64,000 bases of DNA. Source: Candidatus Uhrbacteria bacterium (GTDB lineage: Bacteria > Patescibacteriota > Patescibacteriia > JACQRZ01). Shown piece by piece: positions 1 to 9,103 of this stretch. The translations under genes were made by a program, and so were the position numbers. Below the pieces are notes generated by a model that saw only the letters and a list, made by a program, of their open reading frames with translations, ran no database searches and had not been told where the DNA came from. Each line of letters begins with the position of its first letter. The first letter of the stretch is position 1. The stretch spans positions 5,435 to 69,434 of the forward strand of contig JACPMJ010000020.1 in assembly GCA_016186045.1 (NCBI GenBank), read 5' to 3'.

Positions 1-1909
1 CCTGTCCGGATTTTGCCTGAGAGATCTCCTGTTTTCCTGATTGGATTTTTGAAATTTTTCCTTCCGTGATGCGTTCGCCTCCTCGCATGACCTGCGTGCG
101 CGCCCCCTGTTCGATGATTCCTTCATCAACGCGTCCGCCTATAATCATGGATGCATGATCGGTGCGAAAGATCGCCATGACCGAGAGGGTCCCCAGTATG
201 ACGCGGTGTATTTCCGGAGAAAGCAGTGCCTCAATGCGTTCCTTTACATCGTCGATGAGTTCGTAAATGATTTTGTATAATTTCACCTCAACATTTTTTT
301 CAGATGCGATTTGAAGCGCGCTTTGCCCTGCCGTGACATGAAATCCCGCGATAAAACTATGCGTGGCTTCGGCATTGAGAATATCCGTAGACGTAATAGC
401 GCCGATATCCCGGGAAACAATTTTTACCTTTACCTCCGGATGATCAATCTTTGTCAGCGCATTTGTGATCGCCTCCAGCGAGCCAAGTGTATCTGTTTTT
501 AAGATAATATTAACAGATGACGTTTCAGCGCTCTCTTCTTCTATAATGCGTGGCGTCACTACTATGGATGCGGCAGCTGATCGCTTGATATCCTTTTCAA
601 CTGATTCAAATCCCTTGCCAAGAGCTCCTGTTGCGCGGACAATATATCCTACCACTGGCGCGGCCTTGAACCCGATGATTTTTACCGGCTGACTGGGAAG
701 CGCGGTTTCAATAAGTTTTCCGCGATAGTCTTTCATGGCGCGAATTTTACCATAGAGAACATTATCAATGACAAGATAATCATTTTTATGCAAGGTGCCG
801 TTTTGCACGATCAAGGTGGCAACCGGGCCCTCATGCTTATCTATATGGGATTCAATAATCGTGCCGATGGTTTCGCCATGTGGGTTTGCCATGATATTCG
901 CCTTTTCCATGTCCGAAACCAGCAGGATTATTTCCAAAAGTTCATCAATGCCAATGCCTTGCTTTGCAGAAATAGGCACGCAGATGGTGTTTCCGCTCCA
1001 GTCTTCCGGGATCAGCCCCTGTTCGGAAAGTTCGCGTTTTGTCCTATCAAGATTTGCATCAGACTTATCAATTTTGTTGATAGCGACCACTACCGGAAGT
1101 CCTGCCGCTTTGATGATTTTTATCGCTTCAACAGTTTGAGGCTTGACGCCATCGTCTGCGGCGACCACTAAAATAGCAATATCCGCAATGCGCGCGCCGC
1201 GGGATCTCATGGTGGTGAACGCCTCATGTCCCGGCGTGTCCAAAAAAGTAAGTGTTTTTTCCTCCCCGGTATTTTTAAAAAGTTTTGTCACCTGATATGC
1301 GCCAATGTGTTGGGTAATGCCCCCTGATTCTTGTGCAATGACATTTGTTTTTCTGATGCTGTCCAAGAGTTTTGTCTTGCCATGGTCGACATGTCCCATA
1401 ACCACTATTACTGGCGGCCGAGGAAGCAGGGCGTCTTGTTCTTTTTCCATGGTTTCTTTGATGATGTCTGTGCCACTTACCGCCTCTTCAATGGTCTCTC
1501 CGGTTTCATGTTCTGGAATAAATCCAAGATCTTCGGCAATAATAGACGCAGTGTCAAAATCAATTTTTTCATTCAGTGCCGCAAGAATGCCGTTGTTCAT
1601 GAGAACTTGGATAAGCTTTGTGACAGGAATATTAAGAAGCACGGAAAAATCCCGCACCGTCATGATATGAGGCAGTCTCACCGTCTGTTTTTCGTGTGGT
1701 TGTTCTTGCGCGGTTTTATCTGTCTCCTGCACCGCCCGTTGTTTTTTGAGAATAGATGAATACTGGCTCCAATTTTTCATGACCCTATGCGCGAGCGTAT
1801 CATCAATCTTTACCGCCCGCTTGCCGACATCAATACCCATCAATGGCAATACATCATGCAATTGATTGGTGGTGACTTTTAATTTTCGCGCAAGTTCGGA
1901 TATATTCAT
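1..1909 (-). CDS. infB: Translation initiation factor IF-2 (3' end runs off the window)
   Basis: Manual minus-strand translation from ATG at 1909 gives [12 protein letters not shown]..., with G-domain motifs MGHVDHGKT and DTPGHEAF. Absent from the ORF track because it is truncated. Confidence 0.95.
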   Translation of the reverse strand, partial: MNISELARKLKVTTNQLHDVLPLMGIDVGKRAVKIDDTLAHRVMKNWSQYSSILKKQRAVQETDKTAQEQPHEKQTVRLPHIMTVRDFSVLLNIPVTKLIQVLMNNGILAALNEKIDFDTASIIAEDLGFIPEHETGETIEEAVSGTDIIKETMEKEQDALLPRPPVIVVMGHVDHGKTKLLDSIRKTNVIAQESGGITQHIGAYQVTKLFKNTGEEKTLTFLDTPGHEAFTTMRSRGARIADIAILVVAADDGVKPQTVEAIKIIKAAGLPVVVAINKIDKSDANLDRTKRELSEQGLIPEDWSGNTICVPISAKQGIGIDELLEIILLVSDMEKANIMANPHGETIGTIIESHIDKHEGPVATLIVQNGTLHKNDYLVIDNVLYGKIRAMKDYRGKLIETALPSQPVKIIGFKAAPVVGYIVRATGALGKGFESVEKDIKRSAAASIVVTPRIIEEESAETSSVNIILKTDTLGSLEAITNALTKIDHPEVKVKIVSRDIGAITSTDILNAEATHSFIAGFHVTAGQSALQIASEKNVEVKLYKIIYELIDDVKERIEALLSPEIHRVILGTLSVMAIFRTDHASMIIGGRVDEGIIEQGARTQVMRGGERITEGKISKIQSGKQEISQAKSGQ

Positions 1910-1935
1910 GAGAGAAACATATGTGTAATAGGGCA

Positions 1936-1964
1936 AGTATACCGCATACCATTGTAAATGTCAA
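1936..1964 (-). promoter_or_regulatory. sigma70-type promoter for infB
   Basis: Minus strand TTGACA-17nt-TATACT; the -10 box lies about 27 nt upstream of the infB ATG. Confidence 0.75.
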
Positions 1965-1981
1965 ACCAAAAGTGGTATACT
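1952..1981 (+). promoter_or_regulatory. Overlapping divergent sigma70-type promoter
   Basis: TTGTAA-18nt-TATACT with extended -10 TG, upstream of the ORF at 2019. Confidence 0.5.
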
Positions 1982-2018
1982 CATAAAGTGCATATCGTGC
2001 TTATTTTTAATTTTTTTT

Positions 2019-2360
2019 ATGACAGACCAAGAGCTTTTAGACACAAATATCATCACATTATTAGACATGGAGCATGCGTCTGATGATCAAAAATCTTCCA
2101 TCATCAGCGCGCTTGCCACATTAGTGCAAAAGCAGGTAACACTACGAATTTTAGAGGTTTTATCCAAGGAAGAAATCGCGGAATTGGAGAAGATTATCGT
2201 GGAATTTGGGGACAATGCGCCGGAAGTGCTTGAATTTATTCGCACGCGCGTTCCAAACATAGACAAGATAGCAGAGGAAGAACTTGTATCCGTAAAGCGC
2301 CAGGTGATGGAAAAAATGCGGGAAGTTGGCGCGCAAGAGCGCCAGCAAACAGAAGATTAA
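2019..2360 (+). CDS. Conserved small acidic helical protein (DUF5663-like)
   Basis: 113 aa; resembles the common CPR family (QKQVTLRILEVLSKEE...VPNIDKIAEEE). Family assignment from memory. Confidence 0.65.
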   Translation: MTDQELLDTNIITLLDMEHASDDQKSSIISALATLVQKQVTLRILEVLSKEEIAELEKIIVEFGDNAPEVLEFIRTRVPNIDKIAEEELVSVKRQVMEKMREVGAQERQQTED

Positions 2361-2369
2361 TAGAATCAT

Positions 2370-5300
2370 ATGATATCAAGAGGTAATATTGAAGCATTAC
2401 ACAAACCGCCAGCGCCTTCGCAAGAAGAAGGTAAGCCACGCATGCTCAAGCCCCCGGAAAATTTCACGGGAGGTGAGAGTCTTGTAAAAAAGGGAGGTAG
2501 CGCGGAAACAGGGGAGGCGCCCAAGAAAACCATTGAAGAACTCAGGGCGGCCTTGGACACGGCACGCGATAACTTAGCGCGAAAAAAAGGCGATCTTAAG
2601 GAGTTTGAAAAACTTTTTGTTGGCGTACTCAAAGGTATCGTGCATGGCAAGGAAAAGGCGAATATCCAAAAAGAATATGATGACGTATTGAAAAAATATC
2701 AGGAGGCGCGCGCGCAGTATGTGGTAGGAGACGTGAGTAAGCTTACGGAAGAGCGCATGACGCTTGCGGAGGCGCTTGTTGAGGCGAAAAAAGAGGGAAG
2801 TAAAGAACATTTTTTGTATAAAGGATATAAATGGCTAGGCGAACAGAACGTCGCGAAATTATTTGGAGAGAAATTCGGCTGGAAACTTTCCGATGAATTT
2901 CAAAAAGACCATCCGCTTGCTTCCGGCGCGCTTCGTATTGCCGGAAAGTTTTTGTCTGTACGGACCGCTATTTCCATGGGGCTCTTGGGCGCCGGACTTA
3001 TGACTGGTGTGGGGTCCGGACTCGCACTGGGCATGGGTATCTTAGGTGGACGGGCATTGATGCGCGGTATCGGCACCGCCTCCGCTTCTCATGATATGCT
3101 CAAACTTATCGGCGCGACCACGTGGGAGAGTAAGGGAACGTTGAAATACAAAAAAGAAGAGCCGTGGTATAAGAAGGTGTCGCTTTGGGAAAAACTTACA
3201 CCAGAAGAGATAGGAAAGATGAGTAAGGAGAAGATAGAGGAGCGTTTGGCAAACATGGAGGCAAACGCGCTTTTGCATAATAAAAAAGTAAGCGAAAGTG
3301 ATATATATAAAGAGCTACTGAGCGATTATGAAAATAAATTAAAGCAGGAGATGGAAAAAAGAGGAGACACCGCCGCATCTCTCTTACAGAATCTTGCAAA
3401 GGAGTCAGACACACGGCGGGATGAGCTGGCAAAAACAAAGCGCATAAAGCATGAAGTGACTGTGGGTGTACTTACCGCGGCTATGGTTGTTTTGCCGGGC
3501 ATGAGCCAATTTCAAAGAGTTATTGAGAAGAATGCCGGTGAGTGGGCGGCGGTGACGCAGAAGACAAAAGAATTTTTTGGCGGGCAAGCGGCTGAAGCGC
3601 GTTCCTCGCCGCCATTGGGGCTTCGTGAGATTCATGGGATTCATGAGACTCATGACATTGCGCCACATGACGCACGCATGATAACAGAGCTCAAAGATAA
3701 GGCGGTGAAGTTTGCCATTGAAGGGCCTGGAGGGAAAAACGCGCAGGCGCTTACTATCAAAGATTTGGAACATATCAGAAATATCGCATCACGATCAACT
3801 CCGGATGGCGCACAGATGAAATCACTTTTGCAGTATGTTGAAAAAAGGAATCTTCTTGAACAGTCCGGCATTCGGGCGGTGACATTGGAAGGGAGCCATG
3901 CAACGCCGTATAGAGCTCTCGAAGAGGCGATGCGCCAGAATCCGGAATATTTCAAGGGCGTATCCATAGATAAGCCAGCGCTTGATCTTGCAAAGCACTA
4001 TGGTGTGACCGTGGAACAGCTCAAGACGCTTTCTCATCCGCGGGAGATATTTTATTTTTCAAAAGATGGAAGCCTTATCACACAAAATGAATCACTTGTG
4101 AGCCAAGGAGTCATCAATCGCGCGCATGAGGCGGTTGGCAGGATAGTAGGCGCTGGAGTGGCCGCAGAACATGCGCGGTCAGCACCGATACACGAGACTC
4201 CACAGTCACGGGCCAGCGGTGCGGGAACTTCTGTGGCAGAGCATGGAAGAGGGCGAGCAGTACAGCACGTGCGAGAGACACAGCCACATCCTGTGCGCGG
4301 TACGGGAGAGGCGGTACGGGAGAGGCGTCTTCCTGGTAATAAAGCGATGGACGCGACACCAGAAAAGAGGCCTCCCGCAGGCGGCAAGGGAGAGATAGTT
4401 CTTGAAGATGCCAATGGGAAGGGAGTAAGGATAGATATTTCAGGAGGAAAAGTGCGTGAGACTGCTGTTGATACGGGGAAAGCACCCGGTGTTATAGAAA
4501 CACAGAAAGTGGTAGCGCCAGTAGCTGAAGCGCCGCGTCCTGGCGGAATAGGAACAGAGGCGCGTCCCGGTTCTGCGGCAAGCGGTTCTGTTGAAGCCCC
4601 AAAGCCGCCACAGACTGCGCTCAAGGTAGAAGGATCGGCTTCTGCGGGACAGAGAGCTGGCGTTGAGCCAAAACTCGAGGTGCGGATAGTTCCGGCAGAA
4701 GGCGCGCATGGAGGAGTGCAGGAAGGAGCTGGAAAAATTCCGGAAAATGTCCATACTCCAACATCGGCAGAGATATTTGCGCAAGGATGGAATCCTGCGC
4801 ATAAAGCAGAATTCTTTGCGCTGGCAAAACAGAATCCCGGAGAATTTGCAACGCAGTATCAAAAAATGGCAGGAGGGTTATTGGATAAAAGCCATTTGAA
4901 TATGAGCGTTGATCAGGTACGCTCCGCAGTTACTGATCAGACTGCAGGACAAAAAAATATAGAGGCGCTTATGAAGGCCGCAAGTGACTATGGAGCAGGA
5001 AGGCCCATTGAACCGTTGAAACTGAATATTGGCGGATCTGAAAAGATATTTTTCACTCCGGCGCCTGAACAACCTGAACAACAGTCAGTTCCTCTACAAA
5101 AAACAAAAATAGAGCTTGATACTCATAAAACTATAAGTGCGACAACAGAAAATTGGAAGCCATCTTTTGATGTTGTGAGAAATCCGGATGGCAGTATTAA
5201 AGACATTTCATTTAGAGGGAGGGCTCCGGATACCTACTTAAATCAGCAGGGGTATGGTTTTGCGAAAACCGAGGATTATATACAAAAATATGAGGTGTTT

Positions 5301-5672
5301 CAAGGGCGACATGCGCTTAGTGGAGCGATGCGGGAATTATTTAAGGATGTTCAGCCATTGGAAGCGACTCGAATAACGCAGGCGATGGAGGCATACCATG
5401 TGCTTCATGCATCCAATCCTGTTGAAGCTCAATGGATACTCGATCATGCTATTCGCAAACCGATGCACACATTGGCAAACATTTACGGCAGAGAATATTT
5501 TGACACAAGCAAGATGCCGGAATCTGTACGAACAGCTCTTGCTGATGATATGAAGAACTGGCCGCGCATGCAAGATATTTTTCAGCGCGTCCAGCATGGT
5601 GAGGAGCCGCTTGGAACGGCAATTATGGGAGAAGCAAAAAAATATAAGCCCTTTAGTTGGAAGATAAACTAA
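2370..5672 (+). CDS. Large hypothetical membrane-associated protein
   Basis: 1100-aa ORF with coiled-coil N-terminus, Gly-rich hydrophobic segments, a LysM-like motif and a low-complexity Pro/Ala/Gly linker. Confidence 0.75.
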   Translation: MISRGNIEALHKPPAPSQEEGKPRMLKPPENFTGGESLVKKGGSAETGEAPKKTIEELRAALDTARDNLARKKGDLKEFEKLFVGVLKGIVHGKEKANIQKEYDDVLKKYQEARAQYVVGDVSKLTEERMTLAEALVEAKKEGSKEHFLYKGYKWLGEQNVAKLFGEKFGWKLSDEFQKDHPLASGALRIAGKFLSVRTAISMGLLGAGLMTGVGSGLALGMGILGGRALMRGIGTASASHDMLKLIGATTWESKGTLKYKKEEPWYKKVSLWEKLTPEEIGKMSKEKIEERLANMEANALLHNKKVSESDIYKELLSDYENKLKQEMEKRGDTAASLLQNLAKESDTRRDELAKTKRIKHEVTVGVLTAAMVVLPGMSQFQRVIEKNAGEWAAVTQKTKEFFGGQAAEARSSPPLGLREIHGIHETHDIAPHDARMITELKDKAVKFAIEGPGGKNAQALTIKDLEHIRNIASRSTPDGAQMKSLLQYVEKRNLLEQSGIRAVTLEGSHATPYRALEEAMRQNPEYFKGVSIDKPALDLAKHYGVTVEQLKTLSHPREIFYFSKDGSLITQNESLVSQGVINRAHEAVGRIVGAGVAAEHARSAPIHETPQSRASGAGTSVAEHGRGRAVQHVRETQPHPVRGTGEAVRERRLPGNKAMDATPEKRPPAGGKGEIVLEDANGKGVRIDISGGKVRETAVDTGKAPGVIETQKVVAPVAEAPRPGGIGTEARPGSAASGSVEAPKPPQTALKVEGSASAGQRAGVEPKLEVRIVPAEGAHGGVQEGAGKIPENVHTPTSAEIFAQGWNPAHKAEFFALAKQNPGEFATQYQKMAGGLLDKSHLNMSVDQVRSAVTDQTAGQKNIEALMKAASDYGAGRPIEPLKLNIGGSEKIFFTPAPEQPEQQSVPLQKTKIELDTHKTISATTENWKPSFDVVRNPDGSIKDISFRGRAPDTYLNQQGYGFAKTEDYIQKYEVFQGRHALSGAMRELFKDVQPLEATRITQAMEAYHVLHASNPVEAQWILDHAIRKPMHTLANIYGREYFDTSKMPESVRTALADDMKNWPRMQDIFQRVQHGEEPLGTAIMGEAKKYKPFSWKIN

Positions 5673-5675
5673 GTT

Positions 5676-5716
5676 TAAAACAATACAGCCCTCTGTATGA
5701 GAGCTGTATTGTTTTA
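5676..5716. terminator. Bidirectional intrinsic terminator
   Basis: taaaacaatacagc...gctgtattgtttta inverted repeat between convergent genes. Confidence 0.75.
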
Positions 5717-5723
5717 TTTTTTT

Positions 5724-6071
5724 TTACACGTTTACTTTCTTGAAAAGCGCGGCAAAGGTGGCTGGCTGTTCGCGTGCGATCTGAGAAAGAATCTTTCTAT
5801 CCACCTCAACTTTTGCGTCCTTGAGCTTTTTTGCAAACACACTATAGCTCAACCCAAGTTCTCGGCATGCGGCGTTGATCTGGATAAGCCAAAGCGCGCG
5901 GAATGTACGCTTTTTTGCGCGGCGATCCCGGAACGCATACGCGCCCGCTTTGAGCATGGCTGGCCGCGCGAGCTTGATCCTGTTTTTCCGTCCCCAGCGA
6001 TATCCTTTTGTGGCGGCAAGCAGTTTTCTCCTTTTCTTGAGATGGATGACTCCTCGTTTTACCCGTGGCAT
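5724..6071 (-). CDS. rplT: 50S ribosomal protein L20
   Basis: MPRVKRG...AFRDRRAKKRTFRALW...INAA; canonical infC-rpmI-rplT order. Confidence 0.98.
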   Translation of the reverse strand: MPRVKRGVIHLKKRRKLLAATKGYRWGRKNRIKLARPAMLKAGAYAFRDRRAKKRTFRALWLIQINAACRELGLSYSVFAKKLKDAKVEVDRKILSQIAREQPATFAALFKKVNV

Positions 6072-6074
6072 AGA

Positions 6075-6272
6075 TTACAGTGTATTGGTTAGAATTTTTA
6101 TTGTTTTATGAAATGACTTTGAAATTTCATGGTTTCTACGTTTATTTCTTGTGGTATTTCCGGATTCGCGCGCGTTAAAATGGTCCTGGCCGCAGGTGCG
6201 CTGGATAACTTTTTTATTTTTTGTCACTTTAAACCGCTTTACGGTTGCTTTGTGTGTTTTTTGTTTTGACAT
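6075..6272 (-). CDS. rpmI: 50S ribosomal protein L35
   Basis: KQKTHKATVKRFKVT signature; gene position. Confidence 0.96.
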   Translation of the reverse strand: MSKQKTHKATVKRFKVTKNKKVIQRTCGQDHFNARESGNTTRNKRRNHEISKSFHKTIKILTNTL

Positions 6273-6278
6273 ACATTT

Positions 6279-6833
6279 TTACGTTTTCTTTCCAATAATG
6301 ACCGAGAGTCTGCCGCTTTGCATGGACACCGGAGTCTCCACATATGTGGGGATGCCGTGTTCATGCTCTATGGCTTTTACAAAATCTTCAATAATTTTCC
6401 GTGCGAGTGCGCCATGTTGGCGTTCCCGTCCACGAAGACCTAGCTCCACACGGACCTTATCATTTTGTTCTAAAAATTTTTTTGCCTGTCCAAGGCGGAC
6501 CGCGATATCATGCTGACCAATGCGTAAGGACAAACGGATGCCTTTGACTTCTGTTTTTTTCTGTTTTGCCTTTTGTTTGCGCAATTCTTTCTCCTCACTA
6601 TACTTGAGTTTTCCAAGATCGATTATTTTGCATACCGGTGGCTGTGCATGGGGCTGGATTTCCACAAGATCAATCTCAAGTTCACGTGCTCGCCGAAGCG
6701 CCTCCTCTATGGAAACAACACCAATATGAATATCGTTTTCATCAATAAGACGAACTTCGGGCACGTTGATCGCCTCATTGGCGCGATAATGTCGCTTGGG
6801 CTGTACGACCGCCTTTCTATAATTTTTTCTCAT
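6279..6833 (-). CDS. infC: Translation initiation factor IF-3
   Basis: NEAINVPEVRLID...PPVCKIIDLGKLKY...LRGRE. Start set at ATG 6833 because the longer track ORF runs into the tmRNA. Confidence 0.95.
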   Translation of the reverse strand: MRKNYRKAVVQPKRHYRANEAINVPEVRLIDENDIHIGVVSIEEALRRARELEIDLVEIQPHAQPPVCKIIDLGKLKYSEEKELRKQKAKQKKTEVKGIRLSLRIGQHDIAVRLGQAKKFLEQNDKVRVELGLRGRERQHGALARKIIEDFVKAIEHEHGIPTYVETPVSMQSGRLSVIIGKKT

Positions 6834-6846
6834 TATTGTATTCTTA

Positions 6847-6878
6847 ACTGACAATTGAGTACTGTGAACTGAGTACTG
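6847..6878. repeat. Inverted-repeat arm A (heptamer-periodic)
   Basis: Its reverse complement matches 7303-7333 at 29/31 and 7823-7854 at 29/32. Confidence 0.9.
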
Positions 6879-6883
6879 TTTAG

Positions 6884-7287
6884 TGGAGATGGCGGGAGTT
6901 GAACCCGCGTCTGAAAGACTTGTATATGATAGTCTACACGTGTAGCCGACTGTTTGTTTTGAGAATACCGCAGACGAAGGAGTCGGCGCCCGTTCCCGGT
7001 ATTCTTGCTTACTGAAGTTTCGGTTGCAAAGGTAAGCGCCGTGCAACCTATCCTGAAAAATATGACGCTTTCTGTCTTCTATCAGGAGTCAAAAGCAGAA
7101 AACGGCTGCCGCGTACAATTACGCGACTGCGGGTGCAAAAGAGGGAACCAAGCTGTTCGCAAAAGTTCGAACTTTGCTTACTAATGTATTGACATGTAGT
7201 AGAGTATGTGCGCAGTTTAACGAGGTAAACACATATCCTCGACGTGCGTATAATATGCGGAGTCTTCCATCGAAACCCAGCATCCCC
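6884..7287 (-). ncRNA. ssrA: tmRNA (about 404 nt)
   Basis: 5' GGGGATG pairs with 3' CATCTCC-A, including the G3-U alanine identity pair. T-arm GCGGGTTCAACTCCCGC. Internal tag ORF ends ...FAPAVA*. Adjacent to smpB. CCA not encoded. Confidence 0.95.
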
Positions 7288-7302
7288 ATAGGTAAGTACT
7301 TA

Positions 7303-7356
7303 AGTACTCAGTTCACAGTACTCGGTTGTCAGTAAAAAAGAGCCGGTGATGAAGTA
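7303..7356. repeat. Inverted-repeat arm B/B' (shared partner of arms A and D)
   Basis: 7303-7333 is complementary to arm A; 7325-7356 is complementary to 7861-7892 (31/32). Confidence 0.9.
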
Positions 7357-7365
7357 CTCTCTATC

Positions 7366-7818
7366 TTATGTTCCTTTTCTTTTTAATACAGAACGGATTT
7401 CTCTTTCAATGTCTTGTTTTTTTATTTTTTCGCGCTTTTCGTACTGTTGTTTCCCCCTGCACAAGCCAAGCTCTATCTTAATGCGGTTAGTATGAGTATA
7501 CACTGAGAGCGGTACCAGTGTCAAGCCTTTTTGTTTAAGGAGTCCGATAAGGTGGCCGAGCTCCTTTTTTTTCAGAAGAAGTTTTCTGCTATGTTCTGGG
7601 TCATAGGACGAGATTTTGCCTGCCTGCGGATAGGGAGAAATATGTACGTGTATTAAATATAATTCAGCGCCTTTGAATACTGCGAAGCTTCCCTTCAGAC
7701 TCATGTGCCCTTGGCGTACGGATTTTACCTCTTGGCCGGACAGCACGATGCCAGCCTCATATCTCTCTACGACGCTGTAATCAAAAAAAGCTTTTTTGTT
7801 TGTGGCGAGTGTTGGCAT
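7366..7818 (-). CDS. smpB: SsrA-binding protein
   Basis: NKKAFFDY...EAGIVLSGQEVKSVR...RKLLLKKKE...GKQQYEKREKIK. Confidence 0.98.
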   Translation of the reverse strand: MPTLATNKKAFFDYSVVERYEAGIVLSGQEVKSVRQGHMSLKGSFAVFKGAELYLIHVHISPYPQAGKISSYDPEHSRKLLLKKKELGHLIGLLKQKGLTLVPLSVYTHTNRIKIELGLCRGKQQYEKREKIKKQDIEREIRSVLKRKGT

Positions 7819-7822
7819 ATAC

Positions 7823-7901
7823 CAGTACTCAGTTCACAGTACTTAGTTCTCAGTCATACATACTTCATCACCGGCTCTTTTTTGCTGACAACTGAAGTAC
7901 T
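7823..7901. repeat. Repeat arms C (7823-7854) and D (7861-7901)
   Basis: C is a direct copy of B and inverted relative to A; D is inverted relative to B'. Confidence 0.9.
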
Positions 7902-7940
7902 GGGTACTGTATACTTATTTTATATGATATACTACCATAT

Positions 7941-9002
7941 ATGCAAAGAGAAAACCAACAATTTCTCACTATTAATATTTCCACAGTCACGCTCGCGAAA
8001 ATTCTTATTGCCGGCGTGGGTATTTGGCTCGCATACGCGTTGAGCGATGTACTTGCTATTTTATTTGTCGCGACACTGCTTTCATCCGCATTAAGTCCAC
8101 TTGTGAATGCGATGCATACAAAGGGGATTCCCCGCGGTTTGGGTGTTTTAGTCATTTATATTGCGATTTTTTCTATATTTACATTTGCTATCACGCTTCT
8201 TATCCCGCCACTTGTGGAACAATACACGCAGTTTGCGAAAGCATTTCCTGCATACGCAGAGCGATTTATGGGCATTGCGCAGAGTATGAATCCGGACGTG
8301 AATGTGCTGGAGCAACTAAAAAAAGGATTTCAGGCCGTTGAGTCTTCTTTGGTACAGGCGGCCGGCGGTATTTTCATCAAGATTTTTGATTTTATCAAAG
8401 GCATTATCGCATTCTTTTTTGTGTTTGTGGTGACATTTTACATGATTGTACAGGAGCGTGCCATCAAGGGCGCGATTCATTTAGTGACTCCCACACGGTA
8501 CCGGTATTATGTAGATGGTCTTATCTCCCAGATTCAGAAAAAAATCGGGCTGTGGCTACGAGGTCAGCTTATCTTGAGCTTTATTATTTTTCTCATGGTG
8601 TTTATTGGGCTTGTGGCGCTTGGCGTGCCATATGCGCTCATTTTGGCGCTTGTGGCCGGGCTTGCGGAGTTTGTCCCATATATTGGGCCGGTGCTAGGGT
8701 CTGTGCCCGCGATATTTATCGCTTTTGATCAGTCGCCGCTGTTGGCGCTGTGGGTAGTGCTCTTGTTTCTTTGTATCCAGCGTCTTGAAAATGACTTTAT
8801 CGTGCCACGAGTGATGCAAAAGACCATTGGCATCAATCCACTCGTAAGTATCATTGCCATTTTGGTTGGCGCAAAACTTGCGGGATTTCTTGGCGTACTC
8901 CTTGCCATTCCCGTCACCGCTATCCTTGGCGTGATTATAGAAGACATGATAGGCACGCCGGAAGAGCTTGCCGAGCTCGTGCCCAAGGAGGTGGAGAAGT
9001 AA
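7941..9002 (+). CDS. AI-2E (PerM/TqsA) family transporter
   Basis: Polytopic 353 aa; WLRGQL, PYIGP, QRLENDFIVPRVM and GVLLAIP motifs. Confidence 0.9.
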   Translation: MQRENQQFLTINISTVTLAKILIAGVGIWLAYALSDVLAILFVATLLSSALSPLVNAMHTKGIPRGLGVLVIYIAIFSIFTFAITLLIPPLVEQYTQFAKAFPAYAERFMGIAQSMNPDVNVLEQLKKGFQAVESSLVQAAGGIFIKIFDFIKGIIAFFFVFVVTFYMIVQERAIKGAIHLVTPTRYRYYVDGLISQIQKKIGLWLRGQLILSFIIFLMVFIGLVALGVPYALILALVAGLAEFVPYIGPVLGSVPAIFIAFDQSPLLALWVVLLFLCIQRLENDFIVPRVMQKTIGINPLVSIIAILVGAKLAGFLGVLLAIPVTAILGVIIEDMIGTPEELAELVPKEVEK

Positions 9003-9103
9003 GGAAAAAGGGAGAGACGTTAAATGGTTGCTGAAATTGCCTTTTTCATTACTTTGTGGTAGTATTGTCCGTGAGCCTTGTATAGGCTCTTTTAATTATA
9101 GGC

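Noticed and set aside
6834-7046. 70-aa N-terminal extension of IF-3 in the ORF track
   Set aside because: It overlaps the tmRNA 3' domain and repeat arm A; a chance open frame.
6847-7901. CRISPR array interpretation of the 31-32-bp repeats
   Set aside because: Copies are inverted, separated by whole genes rather than uniform spacers, and no cas genes are present.
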